Shown here one piece after another: positions 50,721 through 64,000 of a stretch of DNA of 64,000 bases. The notes under the pieces were generated by a model. It made no database searches. It was not told where the DNA came from and saw only the letters and a program-made list of their open reading frames with translations. Made by a program: the position numbers and the translations under genes. Source of the stretch: Chiloscyllium plagiosum (Eukaryota); the NCBI RefSeq assembly GCF_004010195.1, contig NC_057752.1:10138247-10202246 (forward strand). The letters run 5' to 3'. The first letter of the stretch is position 1; the number at the start of each line of letters is the position of its first letter.

Positions 50721-51832
50721 ATAAGCTCCTTACACGCACAGACACAGACAGAAAATAAAGCATAGGTGTTCTGGACAGAGGAAAGACTGGGAAAGCAGTT
50801 TAGTGGTCTCTACATAGGATCCTCTGAGATGGTGATTGTACCAATCAGAATGCTGCTTCTCAGTCTTGTTTCTCTGGATGTTTCCACTGGTTTGCCAAAT
50901 ATACAAGAGCTCCTTTCCCCATTTGAAAGGTCTCTGATATTAATTAAAAAGTCACAGTTTATAACAGCTGCTGGTGGAAGAAGAAACTGGTTTTCTTCAG
51001 GCTTAAAGCAGCTTGTTGGTGTGCTGAAGCCCTTTGTCATTGATAACTGGTCACTATTTCACAGACCAACCAGTTAATAGTTGCCAACCGAAGATCCATT
51101 TGTACACAGTCCTTTGGTTCCAGCTCGCCTGCAAACTACACTTCAGCTACTGCTGGAACAAGTAGCTGTGTCAACAGTGTTTACGATGAATGTCCAGTTA
51201 CTTGTTTTCAAAATGTGCAGCAATCCTTGGTTTGAAAACAGTTCTTTTCTCATTTCAATCCAAAATTAAAAGTGCAGAAAAATTAAAAGATGTTATCTTT
51301 ACATGCTTAAATACTGCAGCATTATCAACAACTTTCAAATGTATGACATTATCAAACCAAAGCACTACTGTCGAGTCATCTATCGGCACCAGCACCTTAT
51401 CGTGCCTCTGGCTTCGTATGAGTGTCTTGAACAGCAAATCAGGAATTTGACTTGTGTTATCAATGATACAGAACCAGCTGATGAGAGAATTTTTGACCGC
51501 TAGATATCAGCGATTAATCCTACTTTTGGTGCCACCCGTTGTTTACATCTGACCTATTTTAGAATAATTTGAACAGCCTTTCAATCAACATCTTCCACAG
51601 CTGGGAGGAGATGTTTGTGAATGCTGTTAATATTGCATGTAGTGATTGTAAAGACCAGTTTTACCAGAGCAACAAAAAGGGATATTGTCTCTCTATTTGC
51701 TTATATTTTTTAAAAGAAGACGGTTGAGCTAAGTTCAGCTCAGGAGCTTCATGGTAAGAAAGTATCTCGGGTCGCTTGCAGGACACCTCTGAAACAAATC
51801 CAACATTCACAATTCTTAGCCAAGTATCTTAG

Positions 51833-52003
<171 letters not shown>

Positions 52004-53089
52004 TGAAATACCAGAGCTTGTGTTGGTGACACGAGATAAACGCAGTCTGTGAAACTCCTTAAAGAGACATTATCCCTTTTGTTGACCTAACAACGACGAA
52101 AGCATGTGTTAAAAAGCATTCCAAACTGAACGCAGTATTTGTGTTACCTGCTCCTTGTTCATGAAAACGAGGTGCAAGGCAAAGTAGTGTATCTCGGTTG
52201 GCCAATCTACAGCAGGGTGACATCTTAAATAAGGTTTCGGTCGTTCTGTCTTCAGATCTCGGTTCTTGCAAAATATCAGTTCAGTTGAAATTCTTTTGAC
52301 TAATGAAGGCGTATTCAGCTTCAAACATGCGCCTCTTTTCTGTCTCAGAAGGTGCACAAAGTTTATTTTCTGCACAGGTGTATTATGGAGTGGATTTGGA
52401 GAAATGTACAGGATTAAAAATCTTGACATTATTCATTGAGCATATCAAAAAAAAAACTCATTTTGGTCTTGCTGCAGAATTGCTCTGGTAAGCATTAAAG
52501 GCTTTGATAAATTCACATTATTCTGTCACAGACACCATGCATATCTCTCGGTTTTCTGTCAAAGTTTATTTTTACCAAAAATAGCATGCAGCTTACTAAA
52601 TGGGATCGCTGAAGAGATACCATTTCAGAGATCAATCCTGCAGCCTAGGTAAGCGAAGAAAGAGGGATACTGTCTCTTTAGTTTCTTGCTCTAACCACAA
52701 ATTGTTCTATTGCTCTTATCCCATGACGTATTAGAATGTTGAATTTAAAGAATATCTGTTATTCATGATATACTTTAACCCTGTAATACTCCCTGGGGGC
52801 CCTCATTGTAACACTGTAATGCACCTCAGGACACTCATCGTGATATTGTATAACCTCTGGGACACAGTGTAATACCTCCCGTAGGCACTCACAATATACC
52901 ATACTGCACTATGGATATTTACTGTCTTCATTGGAATATTATTGTACACTTAATGACATTGAAATCCATTTGTCAACTTGTGCCCCTTTCACTATCTTCT
53001 CAGATACCCTCGCAGCTCGGACTCAATTACTTACTTTGTTTCCTGTTTTAGTATCATGTATAAATTTGAACATGGCTGTCTCTATTTCT

Positions 53090-54369
53090 CGTGCTCCCAT
53101 GAGGAGGTTGAACAATTCATGAACTTTACCAACACCTTCCACCCCGACGTCAAATTCACCTGGACCATCTCGGACACCTCCCTCCTCTTCCTGGACTTCC
53201 CCCAGCACTATGTCTGGCGACCGACTAACCACGGACGTCTATTACAAGCCCACCAACTCCCACAGCTACCTAGACTACACCTCCTCCCACCCTACCTCCC
53301 GTAAAAACACCATCCCTTATTCCCAATTCCTCCACCTCCGGCGCATCTGTTCCCAGGGTGATCAGTTCCACCTCAAAGTCCCAGATGGCCTCCTCCTTCC
53401 AAGATTGCAACTTCCCACAAAGTTGATGATGCCCTCCAGCGCATCTCCTCTACTTCACGCACCACCGCCCTTGAATCTCACCCCTCCCAATGCAACAAGG
53501 ACGGAACCCCCCCGGCCCTCACCTTCCACCCCATCAACCTCTGTATACATCACATCATCCTCCATCACTTCTGCCACCTCCAAACGAACCCCATAATCAA
53601 GGATATATTTCCCTCCCCACCCCTATCAGTGTTCCGGAGAGCCCATTCCCTCCACGACTTCCTCGTCAGGACCACGCCTCCCCCCACCAGCCCACACCTC
53701 ATTCCTGGCACCTTTCCAATCCACCTCAGGAATTGCAAAACCTGCACCCACACCACTCCCCTCACCTCTGTCCAAGGCCCCAAGGGATCCTTCCCCATCT
53801 GTCAGAAATTTACCTGTACCTCTACCAATGTCATCTACTGCATCCGTTGAACCCAGTGTGGTCTCCTCAGGGAGACAGCACACCTTTTTTGCGGATTGTT
53901 TCAGAGAACATCTCTGGGACACCCACACCCACCAACCCCACTGCCCCGAGGCTGAACACTTCAACTCCCCCTCCCACTCCATCAAGGACATGCAGGTCCT
54001 GGGCCTCCTCCACCCGCCAAACCCTTACCACCCAACACCTGGAGGAAGAATGCCTTGGGACCCTGCAACCACACGGGATAACTGTGGATTTCAACAGCTT
54101 CCTAATTTCCCCTCCCCCCACATCCCAGTCCCAAGCCTCCAGCTTGGCACCGACCTACCCCCCTTACCTATCACCTTCTCCCTCACCTTCATTCACCTAT
54201 CGCTTTCTCTGCTACCTTCCTCCCAACCCCACCCCCCCTCCCTTTTATCTCTCAGCCTCCGGCCCACAAGCCTCATTCCTGATGAAGGGCTTATGCCCGA
54301 AACATTGATTTTCCTGCTCCTCGGATGCTGCCTGACCTGCTGTGCTTACCCAGCAACACACTCTTGACT
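53090..54369 (+). mobile_element. 5'-truncated Penelope-like element, family A (RT C-terminus, GIY-YIG, pLTR with CpG-decayed hammerhead at 54279)
   Basis: FTNTFHPDVKFTW..FLD, TTDVYYKPTNSHSYLDYTSSHP..IPYSQF, CKTC..FTCTSTNVIYCIR; probable TSD ctgtctctatttct / ctgtctctactcct (53076-53089 / 54370-54383). Confidence 0.9.
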
Positions 54370-54869
54370 CTGTCTCTACTCCTGTACCCATATAATGGAT
54401 ATGCACAGTAAGCCAATGTGGTCCCAATCCCGTGGAGTGCTACCGTGCTTTCACAATTCCTATGAGAAATTGCTCTTATTTGCTTACCATTTTCTTCCTT
54501 TCAACCTGTTTTTACTGTCTCTCCTAATTCTATGCCTCTTAACCTTCTCCAGAAATTTATAGGACAGTATCTTGTTAAAGCTTTCTGAAGCTAACATCCA
54601 CTGCATATCCTTATCTACCATTACCAAGTTCTCATCTTCAGAGAACCCTTGCAAGTTTGTCAAACAAAGTATTGCTTTCTGAACTTGGTGTTCACTTTTT
54701 CTAGTTAGTTTTGAACAGGGTAAGATCATTAAGCTCTACGAATCTGTTCCACTAGTCAATCAAATCATCATAAGCCCATTCCCTAGGCACCATTTCCATT
54801 CCTCGTCCTGGGAATTATCTCAGGCTCTTTCTGACTGTTCACAATGCGTTTTTAGTCACATATTCTCTC

Positions 54870-55115
54870 CATTACAAAGACCATCTACTTTCACACCTGA
54901 AATATTGCCCTAGCCAGGCCCACTGCTGAAACCTTCATCCATTCTTTTGTCAGCTCTAGACTTGGACTGTTTCAATTGTCTCCTGACCAGCCTCCCTTCC
55001 TCTGACCTTCATAAACTTCAACTCATCCAAAATTCAGCTATCCATTCTCTAACTTGTAGCAAGCTCCTTTTACCCATCACCCCTGTTTTCAGTGACCTAC
55101 ACTGGCTAACTCCTC
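54870..55115 (+). mobile_element. L2 LINE fragment
   Basis: LDCFNCLLTSLP..LHKLQLIQNSA...ITPVFSDLHWL is the L2 ORF2 C-terminal signature. Confidence 0.8.
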
Positions 55116-55559
55116 CAATGCAAATCGCACATGGTTGTGCTAAAATCTCCACGATACCATGCTCCTCCCTAATGCTATAATCCCTGCTCTTCCTCCCTCC
55201 ATTCCCCACAAACCACCACTACCAAGTTTTTCATTTCTTCAACTCCCATGCATTTTACCCACTTTGCTCCATCTTGACTTCTGCTGTGGAATTTTTCTCC
55301 CTCAGTCTCTCCACCTCTTCCTATCCATCTTCTACTTTTTAAGAACCTAGTTGAAAAGTTCGGTCAAAAAGGTTGCATTTTGTCACCCTTCTCAAGAAGT
55401 TCTTCGGTGTTTCAGTGCCTATTTTTGACTGATTATGTCACTGTAAATGCATTTGGATGTTTTTCAATGTAACTCTGTAATATGCTACACCCACTTGCTG
55501 ATATTAATACACTGGGCCTCTCAGTGTGATGCTCACTTTTGAAATATAACAGAGAACAC

Positions 55560-56052
55560 TTCAGGGAGTCCAGACAAGATTCATTAGACTGATCCCAGGT
55601 ATGGAGGGACTGTCTTATAAGGGGAGGTTGAGTAGGTTGGGCCTATACTCATTGGAGTTTGGAAGAATGAGAGACCTTATTGAAACAAATAAGGTTCTTA
55701 GGGGACTTGACAGGGGAGATGTGGAGAGGTTGTTTCCCCTTGTGGGAGAGAGTCTAGGACCAGAGAGGCATGATCCCAGAATAAGGGGTCAAGTATTGCA
55801 GACAGAGATAAAAAATAATTTCTTCTCTGAGGGTAGTGACATTTTGGAATTCTTTACCACAGAGGGTAGTAGAGGCTGGGTCTTTAAGTATACTCAAGGC
55901 TGAGAGAACCATTTTGTTTCCATCAATAAGGGAATCAAGGGTTATGGAGCAAAGCCAGGAAAGTGGAGTTGAGGATTATCAGATTAGCTGTGATTTTATA
56001 GAATGGTGGGGTAGATGCAATGGCCTAATTATGCTTCTATGTCTTATGGTCT
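55560..56052 (+). mobile_element. CR1 LINE 3' end
   Basis: ORFs 55601-55903 and 55836-56075. Confidence 0.85.
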
Positions 56053-57006
56053 TCCTGGAACCTCCTCTGCTCTAAATGAGAACTACCCCAGCTTCTCCAC
56101 ACAACTGAAGATCACTATACCCTCTCCAACATCTTGCCATAAAGTTTGCTGCCCAGAATTGGGTCCAGTCCTCCAGCTGAAGCCTAACCACTGTTTTATA
56201 TAGGTTTAGCTTCATTTCCTTGTCTACACGTCAGGATAGAAGGACCTTAACTCCAATGATATAACAGTTTCATCAAATTAGCACTCTCAGTATGTCAGCC
56301 TTTCAGTAGGCCACTTTAATATGCCAGATTTTTATTACAACACAAATACACTGGGCCCTTTCTGTGACAAAGTTGTGTGCCATTTCCCTGCTGTTCATCT
56401 GTAAAACGTTGTTACATTGATTCATCCAGTATAATACATGGAACAGACATTGTGATATCCAGGGATTCTTGTTGTGATATTGCAACTATATCAGCCCCTT
56501 GGTTTGATGCTGTTCAACTGGACATTGCTGTAGGGTACTCAGTTCTTGGACAAGGAAATGTATTTGGTCCCTCATTACTTCATTAATATATTTAGGGGGG
56601 GGTTTCCTCGCTGTGTTTGTTCAATATATGAGGCCACTGAATGTAATGTACTGACACCTTCCTTTTACATTGTGCCATACCAAGCCAACTACTGTGATAC
56701 TAGGACATTTACTTTAACAACCATCCTCCTCACGAGTCACTATGATCCTACTAATGTGTCAACCTGAATATGTGACCCTAATATTACTGGTGCCCTCACT
56801 GTCAAACCTTCATGTCTGCCTTATAATATGCATCAAATACTCACTGTAATTTCTTTACTGTTCAGTATGACATTGCTTCACTGAATGTCTTGCCATAGCA
56901 CAATATAATATATCCAAACTCTGGAGTTTTGACCCTTTCTTTAATGTCTATTTTGTGAGCTTTCAGTGGCCAAGTTTGTAAAATCAGTGCGTAACTGGGC
57001 TCGTGT

Positions 57007-57115
57007 GGGGACTCTTGTGGCACAGTGATAGTGTCCCTAACTCTGGGCCAGAAGGCCTGGGTTCAAGTCCCACCTGCCCCAGAGATGTGTCATTACATGT
57101 CTGAACAGGTTGAAT
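57007..57115 (+). mobile_element. tRNA-like SINE head
   Basis: A box tggcacagtgatag and B box gggttcaagtccc at tRNA-like spacing; no full cloverleaf. Confidence 0.5.
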
Positions 57116-57695
57116 TATAGATAATTATAACTGGGCTAGCTATACAGACCAAGAAGGCCCAAGGTTTGATTGTTGGTCTGTGCTCAGCTAACTGATACAT
57201 ATGAGCAAAGAGCAGCAGTTGGCCATTCAGCCCCATGTGCCTGTTTCACCATTCAATCAGATCATCATTGACCTGATGACTTCCACCTACCCTTACCTCT
57301 GCTTCAGAAATGATCTTGAGCAGTACAACATTTAAGAGCTGCAGTTGGCTTTGGTTTCTCAGGTTAGCAATCAACCAGAGTTCCTGGCCATGATGTGCTG
57401 AAAGGCATCTCTATGTGAGGTTCATGCAGTGAATGTATTGGACTCTGTTGCAATGGCACATGCAAATGAATATTTTGCCAGCAGTTTCAGCCCAGGCTCA
57501 CGCATACTAGTATTGAAAAGTAGACTGGCAACAGCACCCCTGCAAGAGTTATCATGTCCAGAAAGGGGCAGGGGAGCACTACCATTTGATGTGCTTCAAA
57601 ATTGGTCATATTCCCAGCCATTTATGTGGTTAACACAATCCAAGAGAAGCAAACCTGGAACAGAGATTCATAGCTTATGTCAAAAGCTATTTTAG

Positions 57696-57974
<279 letters not shown>

Positions 57975-58324
57975 TAATATTGATTTTAAACTTTTGTATT
58001 ACAGTAACTATGTTACTGCTTAGTACAAGTTGCTGTATTACACAAAGTGTTAATACTGATCACAAGGGACTCTATTACAGGGACATGGATGACCTGCATA
58101 GAATCATAGAGAGCAATACCTTTTTAGATGAATTTCCCCTCCATAGCCAATGGAAATAAATTGGGAGACAATTTTTTTTCACTTTTTAAGGCTTTTGCTA
58201 TAACACAAACTAAAAATAATGTAGATTAAATGTTAATCAACAGGCAACCAATGCATCAAACTTAAGAAAGGTACTTTTGCATTAACTAAAATGATGGGGA
58301 TATCCCCCAAAGACACTCCCAACT

Positions 58325-58715
58325 CTGCAGTGCAGGTTGGGATCAAATACGGCACCAAGGTTGTGAACAGACTGGCTTAATCTTAGACTGTTGCCAGAGA
58401 GAGTGATGGAGTTGGGAGCTCGGGAACAGGGTTTGGAGTGGGGATTGAAAACAATGGCTTCAGTCTTCCTAGTATTTAATTGGAAGACATTTCTGCTCAT
58501 GCAGTACTGGGTGTCTGAAAAACAGTCTAATAATTGAGCAATAGTAAAGAGTTGTGATGATGGTAAGATAGACCTTGGTGTCACTAGCATACATGTGCAA
58601 ACTAATACTGTGCCTTCAGATGACCTCACTTGGGCAGCATATGGATGCAAAATAGAAGAGGACCATGTTAGATCATGGGGTCACCAGAAAGAACTGTGCA
58701 GGAGCAGGATGCAGT
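58325..58715 (-). mobile_element. L2 LINE RT fragment
   Basis: ORF 58282-58650 DTQYCMSRNVFQLNTRKTEAIVF...VHNLGAVFDP. Confidence 0.8.
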
Positions 58716-58854
58716 GTTAATGCTACCTAACTTTATGGTGAGCGGAATTTAGTTGATAATGCTGTCTTTTTGAGAAATTTGAGAGTCTGGGAAGTCGATT
58801 TCTTAACCTGGACTGTCATTTTCATGCAGCACTAAGGCTTTGTTACATTATCCA

Positions 58855-59140
58855 GTGGTGGCACTTTCCTGATGCAACACTGAACGCCTGCTTTCACAGA
58901 TGAACAGTAGAAAATCCAATGGTGCTACTTGATGAAGTGTGTGGAAGTTCTCTCACTATAAATATTCCTCCCTCAATCAGCCACACCAATAGCACGTTCA
59001 TTAATCAGTTATTTCATTTGTTGTCCATGCAGCTCTGCTGTGCTAAAATAAGCTTCCATTTTTACCAACATAACAGTTATTGAATTTAAGTAATAACTCT
59101 TGGAGTGCTAGGGCTGTCCTGAGGAGATGGTAAATAGGTA
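58855..59140 (+). mobile_element. Decayed DeuSINE (SacSINE1-like) fragment
   Basis: aaaatccaatggtgctactt..gaagttctc..aatattcctccctcaa..ctgctgtgc motifs. Confidence 0.5.
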
Positions 59141-60754
59141 TAAGAATGGAATTCCTGTTATGACTGCAGCTGCAAAGAAAGTACTGGTGCCATCTGTTCT
59201 GTTGCAGAAGTTGTGAACAGTGCGTGTAGACAATGACTAATAAGTCCAAATAATGCCGAGGGGCCCTGCATTATTACAGCAATGTCAATACTACCTTCGA
59301 GGATCAGTGTACTTCATTACAAACATACTATATTACAAGAGCAGTAGCAAACTAGCCTATAAGCAATGAGTATTGTCTGATGCTACTAAGCTATGGTGCA
59401 GTATTCATGTTGCAAAAGGTTTCAGTATTACACTAATATGGCTACAGTATAATACAGGAGCAGCTTAACATGTTGCACTCCAGGAGCTTGGAGTACAGCC
59501 TAACAACATTGCATTAGAAGAGGAAGATGAAAGCTGCCTGAACAAATTGTATTGCAGGAAAAAATGTCAAAACTACGCAAATACAGTATGGCATGCATTT
59601 TGAATAGCACCTATGAGTCTTACATTGTAGGAGCAATGCAAATAGAATGCACGGATCCTGTATTGCAGGAGCAATGCAAGTGGCACACGCAGGTCCTGTT
59701 TAACAGGAGCAATGTAAAAATCACTGACAGGTCCTGTATAACACGAGCAATGAAATGACACCTGCGAGTCCTGTATTACAGGAGCTTGTATGAAAGGTAT
59801 TACGTGAAAAACTACATACATACACTACGACGGAAACAATATGAAATATGCATAATGGTTCTGTATTACAGGAACAGTGCCTCTAGGATGTGTATTTCAG
59901 CAACAATGCAAATGTTGTCCATAGGGTTTGTAATAAAGCTGCAACAAAATATTTTCCGAATGTTCAGTATTAGATCTGTGATGCACACATTTCCTAAAAG
60001 TACAGTATTACTGCATCAAAAAAAAATCCCAAGGGTTCTGTATTACAACAGCAAAGTAACTATCGTCCAAAGATCCTGGATCAGAACAGAAATGCAAATA
60101 TTGCCACAAGATTCTGTTTTACAGCAGCAATACAAAAATTGCAAGAAGGTTTGATATTGGAACAGCAATGCAAATATGATCCAACAATACAGTATTACAG
60201 CAGTAATGCAAATATTGCTCAAAATCTGCCTTACAGATCAAAATAAATATTTGCAAATGGTTCTGTTTTACAGCAGTAAATATTGCCAAAACGTACCTTA
60301 CTATAGCAACAATGCAAGTATTGCTGAATGGGTCTGTAATATTGCAAAATGTAAAGAAAGAAGGTCCTATATCACAGCATCAGTGCAATCGTTGCCCTAG
60401 GCTCCCATATTACAGGAGCAGTGCAAATGTTGCCAAAATGTCTTGTGCTACAGCATCAAAGCAAATGTTATTCAGATACAGTATTACTGCAGCAGTGAAA
60501 ATATTGACTTGCAGCATAAGCGCAAATACTGTCAAATGGTTTTGTATCCTAACGGCAATGCAAATACTGCCAGAAAGGTCAGCACGACAGCAAAAATGCA
60601 AGTATTACCGAAAGGACCTTTATTGCAACATTAATGCAAATATTGCCAAAGATCTTGGGTTACATTAGCAGTGCATACATTACCCAAAAGTGCAATCCTA
60701 CTGCAGCAATGCACGCATTGTCCAAATCTCATGTATTCAGCAGCAATGAAAATA

Positions 60755-60961
60755 CAGTAGAACCCCTGTATCCGCGGATTTGGTTTCTGTGGTTTCAGTT
60801 ATCCACTGTTTACAGCAGCCCGAAAATATTACATGGAATACTCCAAAAATAATTCCAGGGTGCTGCCGGGGAGGTAAATGATAGGGTTTGCTCCTATCCG
60901 CGCTTTTGGCCATCCACGGTAGGTCCTGGAACGTATCACTCGCGGATACGGGGGGCACCTG
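60755..60961. mobile_element. Tigger-like (Tc1/mariner) MITE inserted in the minisatellite
   Basis: TA|cagtagaacccctgtatccgcg ... cgcggatacggggggcacctg|TA: imperfect TIRs and TA TSD. Confidence 0.8.
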
Positions 60962-62669
60962 TATTACAAATTAGTTCTGTATTACAGCTGAAATGAAAAC
61001 AGTGACAAATGGGACAATATTATAGCAGCAATGCAAGTATTGCCAAGTGGTACAGTATTCCAGCAGCAATGTAAATATTGTCCAAAGTTCCTATACTGCA
61101 GCAACAATTAAAATATTGCAAGATGGTTCTGTACTGCATTTGTAATGTGTGTATCACCAAAAAGTACAGATTTACACAGCACTGCAAATATTGCTAAAAG
61201 CTACCATATTGCAGCAGAAATGTATATATTGTCCTAAGTAACAGTTTCACAACAGCAGGAAGATATTGTCCAAAGGTAATGCTTTTCAACAGCAATATAA
61301 TTACTGTCAAAGCTTCTGTATCAAAACACCAATGCAAATATTGTTCAAAGGTGTGGCATTACAGGAGCAATGCAAGTAATGTCCAAATGTCCTATGGTAC
61401 AGCAGTGAATTAAATGTTCCTTATAGGTTTGATGTTGCCCAAAGCTGCAGAATTACAGCAGGATGCAAATTTTGCCTCAAGCTCCTGTGTTGCAGCAGTA
61501 AAGCACATATTGCCTGAAGATACAGTATTACAGCAGTAATGCTTATATGCTGAACAATTCTGTGTAACAGCAGAAATGCAAATGACTGACAGCAGCATAG
61601 CAACTATTGCCAGATGGCCTATATATCGTAGCAGCAGTTGTCCAACAAGCACTGCATTTGCAGTTCAATCTGAATAATTTTTCTATTTTGCATGACATTA
61701 CACAATATTATAGACATATTGCAAATATTACCTAAAGGGACTGCATTACAGAAACTGTACAGATACTACCTATCACTTCTGTACCAACTACAGCAGCAAT
61801 GCAAGCAATGCCTTCATTAAAGGAGCAACTGCCTATTGACTCTATATTTCAATTACATTGAGAATATTTTCTAAGGATACTTTATTCCATTATCAAAATG
61901 AATAATGCTCTTACTGTCATATTAAAGAAGCAATGTGTCTGCTGTCTACAGGCCCTCCGTTATTGGACTTGTGTGAATAATCCTTCCAGTACTAGATTAC
62001 AGGAGCAGTGTGAATACTACCTACAGGACCCTGTATTGGTGTAGTATTCTAAACAGTCTTTGCAATACTGTGTTACAGAATCATTGTACATTTTGCCTAC
62101 AGTTATTGTATCAAAGGAATATTGCTAATACTGCATAAATGTACTAAAATACAGCAACATTGTGACTGTGCCTATAGCTCCTGTATTACAGGAACAAAGT
62201 GAATGCTGCCCACAAGTATTTCACTTTACTGACAATAAGAATACTACTTACAGTTACTTTAACAGGAGAAGTGTGACATGATCCTGCAGGATTGCATTAC
62301 AATGACGATGATGTTTGCATCTTATAAAACATTATCTCTGAAAGTTGACCATGTTAAATATAATTGACTTATTCAGCATTATCAGTTCAAGGATACAAAC
62401 TGGTTCGTTGTGCTCCACCATTCATTTTCCTTTTGCTGTTGTTTAGCCACACATTTCTCAGGTAGGATTCATTAGCGCATGGCTATGATCAAAATAGCAA
62501 TTAGGGAACACTGTTAAATGTGGTTCTGTTGAATGGTACTGAAACTGAAGGCTTTTGGTCAATAATTATATCCTCGCTGCACTGAACATCCTGACAGTTG
62601 TGTATCTGAACTATTTGAACCCATACGTTTGTGTCGGAGAGGTGGTGTGTCAAATTATGGAATGGTTAC

Positions 62670-63860
62670 CGAACAGAATGATGCCATTCAGCCTATAGTT
62701 TCTGTGCTGGCTGTATGAAGGAGTAATTCACCTAGAGCCACTCCCCATGCTTCTCCCTGTGGCCCTACACATTTCTTCCTTCACAGATTGAAATTGAATT
62801 CCCTCTTGAATGCTTCAGTTAAACTTGCATCCAACACACTCTCAGGCAGTGCAGTTAGCTCCTAACCACTTGCTGCATGAAAAAGGTTTTCCTCAAGTCT
62901 CCGTGCCTTTTTTGTCAATTAACTTAAAAGTACATCCCGGCGCTCAATACTTCTACCAATTGGAACAGTTTCTTCCTATCTGCTCTGTTCAGATCCCTCA
63001 TGATGTTGGATACTTAGAAATCAAATCTCGTCTCAGCCTCCTCTACTTCAAGGAGAACAGTCCCAACTTCTCCAATCTGTTCATGTAACTGAAGCTCCTC
63101 ATCCCAATGAATCTTTTCTGCAACCCCTCTAATGCTCCTGTAGAATGGTACCATTTATTTTCTATTGTCACTCATTCTTCCTACCAAAATGAATCACTTC
63201 ATGCTTCCCTGCCCTAAACTCCATTTAGCACTTGTCCACCTATTCTGCCAACTTGACAGTGCCCGTTTGAAGTTCTACACTGTCTTCCTGTCGGTTCACG
63301 ATTCTTCCATATTTTATATGATTTGAAAATCTTGAAACTCTATCCTGTACACTAAGATATGGGTTATTCATATGTATCAAGATGATTAAAGGACCTCCAC
63401 TGACCCCTGGAGAACTCCACTATAAAACTTTCCACAGTCCAATAAACAACCACTTACCATCACTTTCTGTTTCCTTACACGCAGCTAATTTTGTATCCCT
63501 GCTACTATTGTTACTTCTTTTCCTTGGGTGTTGACTTTGCTTGCACGTTTACATGTGGCCTTCTGAAAGTCCATGTACACCATTTCACCATGATTGCCCT
63601 GATCAACCTTCTCTATCACCTCATCAAAAAACTCAAGCAAGTTAGCTGGATACGATGTCCCCTTAACAAATATCTGCTGGGTTTCCTTCATTAGCCTATA
63701 TTTGCCCAAGTGACTATTAATTTTCTCCTAAATTATCATTTCTAAAATCTTCACCACTGAGAGATTAAACTTCTGACCTGTAGTTTCTGTACTTACCTCT
63801 ACAGCCTTCTTTGAACAAAAGTGTAGCATTTGCATTTCTTCAGTCCTTGGGCACTACCTG
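62670..63860 (-). mobile_element. Old CR1 LINE fragments
   Basis: ORF 63485-63709 NLLEFFDEVIEKVDQG..VYMDFQKA; CR1 3' tail near 62670-62800. Confidence 0.8.
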
Positions 63861-64000
63861 AAGCTGTGGGATCACGACACCCATAAACATGCCAGCCATG
63901 AAGCTCTCCTCATCATGCATATGATGTACTGTCATTGGCTAATGCTCATGTTCCAAAACCCACAGTTTGAACTGCTAAATTTTATTTTAGTTCATCAGAT

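Noticed and set aside
53490..54367. Longest ORF (272 aa, Pro/His-rich) as a host gene
   Set aside because: Off-frame reading of a C-rich Penelope-like element; the real RT and GIY-YIG motifs are scattered over other frames.
59552..61652. Cluster of overlapping 60-120 aa ORFs
   Set aside because: Low-complexity translations of the minisatellite with no coherent domain.
59250..62310. CRISPR-like regular repeat
   Set aside because: Units are contiguous and degenerate with no unique spacers, no cas genes, and a vertebrate intronic context; it is a minisatellite.

Overview
Eukaryotic, CpG-depleted vertebrate genomic DNA, almost certainly from a shark: HE1-type V-SINEs with (TCTAA)n tails, abundant CR1 LINEs, DeuSINE fragments and Penelope-like elements. 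It is not prokaryotic and has no CRISPR array. The single host gene is a + strand ZNF148 (ZBP-89)-like C2H2 zinc-finger gene with five coding exons (18346-18675, 21941-22138, 40235-40358, 51915-51998, 57760-57878); its last exon lies beyond the window. Most other sequence is nested transposon debris. Main observations: (1) five 5'-truncated Tx1-clade retrotransposon copies stacked at one ~14-bp target beside the TATA box of a solo LTR (5489-7286); (2) a ~38-bp minisatellite whose unit is the exon-5/intron splice-donor junction itself (57858-62310); (3) minimal hammerhead ribozymes in three different Penelope-like families; (4) a ~5-kb decayed Academ-type DNA transposon upstream of the first coding exon; (5) local templated duplications; (6) a divergent N-terminus and a 9-aa tandem repeat in the zinc-finger protein. 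Repeat family names come from recognising sequence motifs, not from database searches, and repeat boundaries are approximate unless a TSD is given.
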